This document shows positions 54,592 through 61,831 of a stretch of 62,323 bases of DNA, one piece after another. Each line of letters begins with the position of its first letter. Position 1 is the stretch's first letter. Source of the DNA: an uncultured bacterium (GTDB taxonomy: Bacteria > Patescibacteriota > Andersenbacteria > UBA10190 > CAIZMI01); the NCBI GenBank assembly GCA_903934015.1, contig CAIZMI010000022.1:1-62323 (forward strand), in the 5' to 3' direction. The notes below the pieces were generated by a model. It had not been told where the DNA came from. It made no database searches and saw nothing but the letters and a program-made list of their open reading frames with translations. A program made the position numbers and the translations under genes.

Positions 54592-56997
54592 ATGAACACC
54601 GACACAAAAAGACACATCGATTCTGCGCGCCAAGTTTTGGTTGGAGTCGTGCCAAATCCTACTTCACAAATCGATCAGATCACTAACGCGCTCATCTATA
54701 AATTTATGGATGATATGGATCAGGCTTCTATCAAACAAGGTGGCGAGCCAGCATTTTTTGTGGGCGACTTGGAGCTGTTCGCGTGGACGCGCTTGATGGA
54801 TTCGCGAATAGGTAATCAAGAACGGATGAATCTCTATGGCGAGGCACTGATCAAATTTTCCCAAGCCAAACAATTACCGGAACTTTTTCGTGGTATTTTC
54901 AAATCGGCGTTTTTGCCATATCGCTCACCTGAAACGCTTGGGCTTTTCCTTAAAGAAATTGATTACTTTGACTACTCGCACCCTGAAGAACTTGGCAATG
55001 CTTACGAATACTTGCTTTCCATAATGTCTTCCCAAGGCGATGCCGGACAATTCCGCACACCGCGCCACATTATTGATTTTATTGTGGATGTAGTGAACCC
55101 GACCAAAGACGACAAAGTGTTGGATCCCGCTTGTGGCACTGGTGGCTTCTTGGTTAGCTCATACAAACATATTTTAGAGCAACACGACAGCAAAGACGAC
55201 CCAGAGAAAAAAGAAAAGCCACTTACCCCCGACGATCGCAAGAAATTGATGGCGAATTTTGAAGGGTACGACATAGACCCAACCATGGTGCGCATCGCAC
55301 AGGTCAATATGTATCTGCACCAATTCAAAAATCCAAAAATTTTTCAATACGATTCACTTTCCAGTGAAGAACGATGGAATGACAGGTTTGATGTCATTCT
55401 TGCCAATCCGCCGTTTATGTCGCCAAAAGGCGGAATCAAACCGCATAGCAAATTTGGTATTCAGTCTAGTCGTAGCGAAGTGCTTTTTGTTGATTACATA
55501 ATTAACCATCTGCGACCAAGAGGCCGCGCCGGAATAATCGTACCGGAAGGGATTATTTTTCAGTCAGGCACTGCTTATAAACAACTACGCAAGAATCTCG
55601 TGGAAGAAGGCCTTTATGCCGTGGCCAGTTTGCCGTCGGGGGTATTCGCGCCGTATAGCGGAGTAAAAACCAGCATTTTGTTTTTCAACAACGAGCTGGC
55701 AAAAACAAGCCGAGAAATTTTGTTTGTAAAAATAGAGCAGGATGGTTTTGATCTTGGTGCACAAAGAAGGGTCAGTATAAAAAATGATTTGCCCCAAGCG
55801 CTTACTGTTTTGAATAAATGGAATACTGGTGAAAAAGTTGAAAACAAGCTAGCGGTTTATGTAGAAAAATCAAAAATTGGCGAGAATGGCGAATATAATC
55901 TTTCTGTAGAACGTTATCGAATAGCGACCGATTACACTAATGCCAAGTGGTCAATGGTTAAGTTAGAGGATGTTTGTGATGTCTATCAACCGAAAACAAT
56001 CACATCAAACGAAATTAAAGAATCTGGTAAATATAAAGTTTTTGGAGCGAATGGTGTGATTGGATATTTTGATGAATATAATCACGAAGAGTCAGAAGTT
56101 GCCGTGACTTGTCGGGGTGCTACTTGCGGAACTATTAATTTTACGGAGCCGAGATCTTGGATCACGGGAAATGCAATGGTTATTAAACCAAAGGAAAATA
56201 ATCTCAATAAAAGATACTTGTTTTTTCTTTTGCGCAGTACAGACTTGTCCTCTGTTATTACGGGAGCGGCGCAACCACAAATAACCGGCAGTGCATTAAA
56301 GCCATTTTTAATCCCTCTCCCACCTCTCGAAATTCAAGGGCAAATAGTGGCGGAGCTGGACGGCTACACCAAAATTATCGAAGGAGCCAAACAAATAGTT
56401 CGAAACTGGAAACCCAAAATCGACATTGACCCGGCGTGGGAGAAGGTTAAATTGGGGGAGGTTTGTGAAATTTATGGTGGCGGTACACCCTCTCGAACAG
56501 AAGAAAAATATTGGGGCGGAGCTATCCCATGGCTTTCGGCAAGATATTTTTCAGATGATCACAGAATTAAAGGTTCAGAAATGATTACAGAATTAGGTTT
56601 GAAAAATAGCTCAAGTAAAATTGCACCTAAGGGTTCAACTATCCTTATTACTCGAGTATCTGTTGGAAAATTTGCGATAGCTGATCAAGATTATGCAATA
56701 AATCAAGATTTAACTGCATTAGAATCTAAGGGTGGAAATCTTGATGCAAAATATTTGTGGCTAGTTTCTGAAATAGTTGCAAAAAAAATTAAAGATAATG
56801 CTGTTGGCGTAGGTGTAACTGGTGTAACGAGGGACTTTGTAGTAAATCAAGAAATCCCTCTTCCATCCCACGCCGTTCAAAAGCAAATTGTGGAAAAAAT
56901 CGAAGCCGAGCGTGCCCACGTCGAATCAGCCAATAAACTGATCGCAATCTATGAACAAAAAACAAAAGAAGTTATCAGTAAGTTATGGCAAGACTAA
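54592..56997 (+). CDS. Fused Type I methyltransferase-specificity polypeptide (HsdM N-terminal half + two-TRD HsdS C-terminal half)
   Basis: Motif I LDPACGTGGFL and motif IV ILANPPFMSP. From about residue 440 there are two target-recognition-like domains, separated by LEIQGQIVAELDG... and ended by a QKQIVEKIEAERA... conserved helix. Confidence 0.8.
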   Translation: MNTDTKRHIDSARQVLVGVVPNPTSQIDQITNALIYKFMDDMDQASIKQGGEPAFFVGDLELFAWTRLMDSRIGNQERMNLYGEALIKFSQAKQLPELFRGIFKSAFLPYRSPETLGLFLKEIDYFDYSHPEELGNAYEYLLSIMSSQGDAGQFRTPRHIIDFIVDVVNPTKDDKVLDPACGTGGFLVSSYKHILEQHDSKDDPEKKEKPLTPDDRKKLMANFEGYDIDPTMVRIAQVNMYLHQFKNPKIFQYDSLSSEERWNDRFDVILANPPFMSPKGGIKPHSKFGIQSSRSEVLFVDYIINHLRPRGRAGIIVPEGIIFQSGTAYKQLRKNLVEEGLYAVASLPSGVFAPYSGVKTSILFFNNELAKTSREILFVKIEQDGFDLGAQRRVSIKNDLPQALTVLNKWNTGEKVENKLAVYVEKSKIGENGEYNLSVERYRIATDYTNAKWSMVKLEDVCDVYQPKTITSNEIKESGKYKVFGANGVIGYFDEYNHEESEVAVTCRGATCGTINFTEPRSWITGNAMVIKPKENNLNKRYLFFLLRSTDLSSVITGAAQPQITGSALKPFLIPLPPLEIQGQIVAELDGYTKIIEGAKQIVRNWKPKIDIDPAWEKVKLGEVCEIYGGGTPSRTEEKYWGGAIPWLSARYFSDDHRIKGSEMITELGLKNSSSKIAPKGSTILITRVSVGKFAIADQDYAINQDLTALESKGGNLDAKYLWLVSEIVAKKIKDNAVGVGVTGVTRDFVVNQEIPLPSHAVQKQIVEKIEAERAHVESANKLIAIYEQKTKEVISKLWQD

Positions 56998-56998
56998 A

Positions 56999-57550
56999 AT
57001 GAACGAAGCTAAAGAAAAATTGTATAATTGGGCTGGAATTTTATGGAAAATAAATAATGTTTATAATGGAAATATTGATTTTGAAGCGCTGTGCCCAGTA
57101 GGTGGATGCCGCTGTAAATTAAGGGAGGGAGATGTCTCCCTTAATCAGCTGCAGCACACATACTATTGTTTTAAATGTGGTTTTAAAATTATTTTGAATT
57201 CCACGATTGAGGAAAAGGCAAGTGATTTAATAGATGTTTTAGAATCTGAAAAAAATATTGACGCTGAAATTATTAACGTTGACGGTGAGCTCATTAAGGT
57301 TCAACGTGAAGAAATTAAGGATTCTGATTATTGGGTTGATGTGAAGATCTCAAAAAATAAGAAAGGTGAGGCACAGTTGATGGTTTTGGCTGGTAGTAAA
57401 AAAGAAAAAGATAAAACGCAGTTATTTATTGATCCCAAAAAAGAACGATTAGCATTTGATCAAAACAATGATCACCCCGCCAAGGTGTTTTCCAAAGTCA
57501 CAGCTATGTTTAAAAATTCAAAATCAGTAATTAAATCTCATATTAAATAA
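56999..57550 (+). CDS. Hypothetical Zn-ribbon protein (183 aa from ATG 56999)
   Basis: CPVGGCRC...YYCFKCGF gives four Cys in a ribbon arrangement. The ATG lies 1 nt after the hsdMS stop; the ORF track's 56951 start would overlap hsdMS. Confidence 0.7.
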   Translation: MNEAKEKLYNWAGILWKINNVYNGNIDFEALCPVGGCRCKLREGDVSLNQLQHTYYCFKCGFKIILNSTIEEKASDLIDVLESEKNIDAEIINVDGELIKVQREEIKDSDYWVDVKISKNKKGEAQLMVLAGSKKEKDKTQLFIDPKKERLAFDQNNDHPAKVFSKVTAMFKNSKSVIKSHIK

Positions 57551-57567
57551 TATTATAATGTTGTATT

Positions 57568-58272
57568 ATGACGAGCTTACCTTTTTCTTTAAATATATTT
57601 AAGCAAATTGAGTATTTTCAGGTTATTGAACGTTTAGATGAGCAATTTGAACAGATGAAAAAAGATTGGATTGATGGGGGATATTTGAATAATGGGTTAA
57701 GTGATGAAGTAAATATCAATTATCCCACATGGGAAATTGAAAAGAAGATATTGCTTTGGACATCTAGACATCATAAACACTTAGGATCGCCACTTTCTTC
57801 TGGAAGTTTGAGTGATAAATTAAATGATCTACATATTTCACAAACAGAAATTGATTTTTCGTCAAGAAATGTAATTTTAAAAAATCTTGTTGTACGCGGA
57901 CTGGGAAATCCGGATGGCGATGGTGGTACTGTAATATCACAAGTTGGGTTAGAATATGGGCTACTTATTAGCCAGCTTTATGGATTAGAGAAGGAAAATT
58001 CTATTAAAGAAGGGGATGTCAAGTATCGTGATGAAATGCTTGTGAGAAATGAGTTTGTTTTTTTTGGGTATAAACTAATGTATTGTGTGGGGGTTCTTGT
58101 TATTATTTTATCGTTGCTTCTGTTAGGTGCTAGTGTGTTTGAAAAACTAAATATTTCTATTACAATTGTCCCTGTTCAATTTATTGCAACAATTAAAATA
58201 ATTTTAGGAATAATTTCTTTTTTACCCGTTAGTTTATTTGTTACTGGTTTGTATTTAATTAATAATAAATAA
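57568..58272 (+). CDS. Hypothetical protein with soluble N-domain of about 170 aa and two C-terminal TM helices
   Basis: TM segments LMYCVGVLVIILSLLLLGASVF and ATIKIILGIISFLPVSLFVTGLYLI. Last gene of the operon. Confidence 0.7.
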   Translation: MTSLPFSLNIFKQIEYFQVIERLDEQFEQMKKDWIDGGYLNNGLSDEVNINYPTWEIEKKILLWTSRHHKHLGSPLSSGSLSDKLNDLHISQTEIDFSSRNVILKNLVVRGLGNPDGDGGTVISQVGLEYGLLISQLYGLEKENSIKEGDVKYRDEMLVRNEFVFFGYKLMYCVGVLVIILSLLLLGASVFEKLNISITIVPVQFIATIKIILGIISFLPVSLFVTGLYLINNK

Positions 58273-58273
58273 A

Positions 58274-58372
58274 ATGTCAGGTATCTTTATTAATCTTCAA
58301 AAAGCGATTCGGTTTGCCACCGCTGTTCATGCCGGCCAAACACGGAAAGGCAAGCTGACTTTTGAATATTGT
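58274..58372 (+). pseudogene. 5' remnant of an HD (RelA/SpoT-type) hydrolase paralog
   Basis: ATG...cttcaaaaagcgattcggtttgccaccgctgttcatgccggccaaacacggaaaggcaag matches the first ~75 nt of the intact gene at 58827 with five point differences in the 60-nt core I aligned by eye. It then diverges and stops after 32 codons. Confidence 0.7.
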
Positions 58373-58402
58373 TAATCATAAAAGATTGGAATATACAAAT
58401 TT

Positions 58403-58428
58403 AAAAAACACCGAAACGAGTTCGGTGT
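58403..58428 (-). terminator. Rho-independent terminator of the 93-aa gene
   Basis: Minus-strand reading: acaccgaa-ctcgt-ttcggtgt followed by tttttt. Confidence 0.7.
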
Positions 58429-58458
58429 GGGAAGTAATTCGTCCTTGCCTTGCCGAGG

Positions 58459-58740
58459 CTAGTGTGGTGCGACGGCTTCGAAGTAGCGATTAACGGCGTC
58501 GAGTAGTGCGGTGGCAATGGTGACCAGTCCGTGTTGTTTAGCGTTGCCTGCCACGTTGCAGAAATCTCGGATAGCGTAAAGCAGGACGTAATACTTAATT
58601 TCGGGATCGCGCAAAAATATGATCCACGCTTCACTAACCTTCTCTTTCTGCACACTGATCAAACTTGCGTCAGTTGCTTCACGGGGCAACACGAGAGCCC
58701 TGATCATGCTTTCAATGTGTTGGATTGGCTTTTTTGCCAC
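58459..58740 (-). CDS. Hypothetical 93-aa protein, autonomous transcription unit
   Basis: GTG start with AAGGAA 8 nt upstream. A TTGACA-17-CATAAT promoter (rc of 58818-58823 and 58795-58800) and its own terminator. More GC-rich than its surroundings. Confidence 0.6.
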   Translation of the reverse strand: MAKKPIQHIESMIRALVLPREATDASLISVQKEKVSEAWIIFLRDPEIKYYVLLYAIRDFCNVAGNAKQHGLVTIATALLDAVNRYFEAVAPH

Positions 58741-58826
58741 GACGATTTCCTTTCATTCGTAAAGATCAATAACCGGTAAAAACGGTAACTGTACATTATG
58801 CTCGTTTATTGTGTTATTGTCAATAG

Positions 58827-59399
58827 ATGGGAATAATCATTCTCCAAAAAGCGATTCGGTTTGCCACTGCTGTTCATGTCGGCCAAACGCGGAAAGGGAA
58901 GTCGGAGGTTCCATATATTACTCATCCACTTGCTGTTGCTCTGATTTTGGCTCGGGTTGGGGCTTCGGAGGATGTTATTACGGCGGGGATCTTGCACGAC
59001 ACGGTGGAGGACAGTCATGGAAAAGTTGCTGTTGCTGATATTTCACGGGAATTTGGTGACGCGGTGGCTAAACTGGTGGATTACGTTACGGAAAAAGATC
59101 ATGATTTGCTTTCTTGGGAAGAACGAAAAAGTACGGCGCGGGCGCATATTGCAGACATGTCGCATGATGCTCTGCTTTTGAAATCTGCCGATATTCTTTA
59201 TAACCTGCGAGATTTGCTCGCAGATTTGGAAGAAACGGGCGAAGAAGTTTGGTTGCGTTTTAATGCGCCAAAAGAAAAACAGATTGAGCATCATATGAAA
59301 CTGGCCGTGGTACTTTCGAAGGTGTGGCCGGAAAATCCTTTGCTTTCGGAGGTGCAGACGGCGGTGGGATGGTTAAAATCCCTCCCAACCTCCCTTTGA
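58827..59399 (+). CDS. RelA/SpoT-type HD-domain hydrolase (small alarmone hydrolase-like, 190 aa)
   Basis: HVGQTRKGK..PYITHPLAVA and AGILHDTVEDS motifs. The C-terminal codons and the stop run into an M1 repeat. Confidence 0.8.
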   Translation: MGIIILQKAIRFATAVHVGQTRKGKSEVPYITHPLAVALILARVGASEDVITAGILHDTVEDSHGKVAVADISREFGDAVAKLVDYVTEKDHDLLSWEERKSTARAHIADMSHDALLLKSADILYNLRDLLADLEETGEEVWLRFNAPKEKQIEHHMKLAVVLSKVWPENPLLSEVQTAVGWLKSLPTSL

Positions 59400-59425
59400 A
59401 TAAAGGGAGGAGGCGACGCGGCGGT
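59375..59425. repeat. M1 repeat module (reverse orientation) overlapping the 3' end of the HD gene
   Basis: aaaatccctcccaacctccctttgaataaagggaggaggcgacgcgg. Confidence 0.65.
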
Positions 59426-59497
59426 GTGGCTGAAATATTTAATTTTCATCAAGTAAACACGTCAAAAAATGGCTACGGAAAGGGAATAAATGTTTGC

Positions 59498-59532
59498 TTG
59501 ACGTTACTAGTATAACCAAATATACTAGTAAC
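59498..59532 (+). promoter_or_regulatory. Promoter (TTGACG-17 nt-TATACT) with an embedded perfect 12-bp inverted repeat operator
   Basis: -35 at 59498-59503 and -10 at 59521-59526. gttactagtata (59503-59514) and tatactagtaac (59521-59532) are exact reverse complements. Confidence 0.6.
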
Positions 59533-59559
59533 ATAGATTACTAATATATTTCAATATAT

Positions 59560-60993
59560 ATGAAACAGGAACTTATCCAATACGTTCAGAAGCAGATAAA
59601 CACCACATCCGACCGACTAAATAAATATACACATGATATAAATGGGAAAAGACTTCCCGCCCGCTACATGTATGTAAAGTTGCGGAAATATGTTGATGAT
59701 TTTTTGGGGAAGAATTTTGATAATCGATTGATAATCATTCCCGGTCTTCGCGGTGTTGGAAAGACAACTTTAATGGCGCAAGTGTGCAGTGAGGTCATGG
59801 AAAACAACAAAAATGTAAAAGTATTGTTTTTATCAATAGATGAGGCTAAAAATTTGTTTAGCGCGGGCATTTCGGAAATTGTGCAAGCGTATGAAGAAAT
59901 TTTAGGCGAAAACGTCGAAAGCTTAACGCAGGATGTAATAATATTTTTTGATGAAGTGCAGGCCGATCCTAATTGGGCGAAGACATTAAAAACGCTCCAT
60001 GATAAAACAAAACGAGTTTTCTTTTGTTGTACCGGTTCCTCGGCGTTGATTTTGCAAACAACTCCCGATATTGCACGAGGAAGGGCAATTTTTGAAAGAA
60101 TGACGCCATTGTGTTTTGCGGAATTTGTAATGATTGGCAGTGGAATTCATCCTATTAAAAATCTCAAGAACAGTATTCGAGAGGCGATATATTTTTCATC
60201 TGATGCCAAAGAAGTGTTTGAAAAATTAAAGAAATTGGAAAGTACGGTAAATGGGTATTGGAGCACGGTGAACAGAAAAGACGTGGATAAGTTTTTAACG
60301 TTCGGTTCGTTGCCATTTACTCTGCGCTTACCGAATGAATCAGCAATTTACGACGCAATCTCCCTGCTTTTAGATGGTGTTATCAAGAAGGATTTGCCAC
60401 TTTTGGGAAGCTTTGACGCAAAAACATTAACGCAAGTAAAAAGGCTCCTCTTTATTATTGCTGAAAATGATATAACCAGCTTAAATAGTTTAGATGAAAT
60501 ATTGGGTATTGATCGACTGACAATTCTTGGTTTGCTGGATGCGCTTGAAAAAGCGGAATTATTGATAAAGGTGTCGGCCTATGGCTCAAATATGTCTGTG
60601 GCAAAAAAACCGGCAAAATATCTGTTTATGTCATCAGCGATTCGGATGTCTTTTTTTGCTGTTTCTGGAAATGAGGGGACGCTTATGACGCGGAAGGGGA
60701 AATTATTGGAGGATTCTGTTGGATCGCATTTGTATCGTGAATTTATTTTGCGTGGTGGCGGGGCGTTTAGATATGACAGTTCACAAAAAGGCGCGGATTT
60801 TATTTTGCAAATTGCCAACAAAAAGCAAATTCTGATTGAAGTCGGTTTAGGTAAAAAAGACAGACGGCAGATTATGAATAGTATGAAAAGAATAAAATCT
60901 GATTATGGAATTGTGTTTTCGAGTAACCCTTTGGTAATCGATCAAGAAAATAAAATCGTGAATGTGCCATTGGATTTTTATTTCTTGATGTAA
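59560..60993 (+). CDS. AAA+ ATPase (AAA_14/DUF4143-like architecture)
   Basis: Walker A PGLRGVGKTTL and Walker B IIFFDEVQ, 477 aa. Confidence 0.8.
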   Translation: MKQELIQYVQKQINTTSDRLNKYTHDINGKRLPARYMYVKLRKYVDDFLGKNFDNRLIIIPGLRGVGKTTLMAQVCSEVMENNKNVKVLFLSIDEAKNLFSAGISEIVQAYEEILGENVESLTQDVIIFFDEVQADPNWAKTLKTLHDKTKRVFFCCTGSSALILQTTPDIARGRAIFERMTPLCFAEFVMIGSGIHPIKNLKNSIREAIYFSSDAKEVFEKLKKLESTVNGYWSTVNRKDVDKFLTFGSLPFTLRLPNESAIYDAISLLLDGVIKKDLPLLGSFDAKTLTQVKRLLFIIAENDITSLNSLDEILGIDRLTILGLLDALEKAELLIKVSAYGSNMSVAKKPAKYLFMSSAIRMSFFAVSGNEGTLMTRKGKLLEDSVGSHLYREFILRGGGAFRYDSSQKGADFILQIANKKQILIEVGLGKKDRRQIMNSMKRIKSDYGIVFSSNPLVIDQENKIVNVPLDFYFLM

Positions 60994-61044
60994 TTGTTAC
61001 TGATTCTGTTTTGATGAAGCGGAGTGAGAAGTATATTTATGGAC

Positions 61045-61190
61045 GAGGCCTTACGGTTTAACGCCACCGAAGGAATAACAGATTGCGCACTGCAACAAAC
61101 CTGTTGAGGGATTTACGACGGTTTGGCCGGAGAATCCTCTGCTCAGGGAGGTGCGCGACGCGGTGGGACGACTAAATCCCCCTTAGTCCC
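61045..61190 (+). pseudogene. 3' remnant (frameshifted) of the HD hydrolase paralog
   Basis: ttacggtttaacgcc...cagattg...gtttggccggagaatcctctgctcagggaggtgcgcgacgcggtggga parallels the intact gene's LRFNAP..QIE..VWPENPLLSEVQTAVGW region. An in-frame stop and a frame change are present. Confidence 0.6.
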
Positions 61191-61398
61191 CCTTTGGATA
61201 AAGGGGGAAGGCGACGACGAAACCCATCCCCGCCCAGCACGACACTGATGTGTCGGCGCAGGCACCCTCTCAAACACTCACCGAGTGTTTGAGAGGCATC
61301 CGCCGCGCCACTTACAAAGGGAAGGAGAAGACTCGACGAAATATTTTTTGATGCCAATCAGGGTCCGGCCCTGGCTTCGGCCAGTGACGGACCCTACT
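61172..61398. repeat. Repeat mosaic M1(rc) + M3(rc) + M4(rc)
   Basis: 61172-61228 is the rc of the 45791-45856 module. 61222-61330 is the rc of the 45533-45640 module, joined here without the insert. M4 at 61359-61398 carries a ctggc-ttcg-gccag inner hairpin. Confidence 0.8.
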
Positions 61399-61513
61399 GT
61401 GCGACGCGGATTTTTGCTTTGCTCATTTTTTAGTGGGTGGGTGCTGAGACCGGAAGGACGCAATAATAAAAAACCGCGACCTTTTTAGGAGGCGGTGGGG
61501 GCCGTTGTTCCTG

Positions 61514-61669
61514 CTACTTTGGCTTTTCCGTTGTGGAAGAATCGTCTTTTTTTTCACCAGGTTCTTCTTCCTTGTTGAGCTCGGCGTCGGGGGTTGGTGG
61601 AGTTTCACCTGGGCGCGCGTGTCCCGGGTGAGAACGATCGTATTTGATCCCGCTTTTTGGTCTGGCCAC
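61514..61669 (-). CDS. Possible 51-aa Pro/Lys/Glu-rich protein
   Basis: GTG start with AAGGAG 8 nt upstream (rc of 61678-61683). Low-complexity charged sequence (…PGETPPTPDAELNKEEEPGEKKDDSSTTEKPK). Too short for the ORF track. Confidence 0.35.
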   Translation of the reverse strand: MARPKSGIKYDRSHPGHARPGETPPTPDAELNKEEEPGEKKDDSSTTEKPK

Positions 61670-61831
61670 CTTGAATACTCCTTATGGCTCTAGAACAACG
61701 AAACGAAAGGAACTGAAATTACTGTCGTCCTACTTTACAATCCAATGATAAAACCGTCAATAAGAGGGTGTGAGTGAAAATCGTTACTATGGCGTATTTT
61801 GTTTTATATTTTATGGTGCTAAAATATAATT

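Noticed and set aside
58274-59399. Diversity-generating retroelement (template/variable repeat) explanation for the duplicated HD gene ends
   Set aside because: The differences between the copies are T/C, C/T, A/G and C/G changes, not adenine-specific. There is no reverse transcriptase gene, and the duplicated parts are gene termini rather than a C-terminal variable region.
44345-61398. CRISPR array interpretation of the recurring short palindromic modules
   Set aside because: The modules are heterogeneous, irregularly spaced (hundreds to thousands of bp apart, separated by genes) and occur in both orientations. There is no repeat-spacer periodicity and no cas genes.
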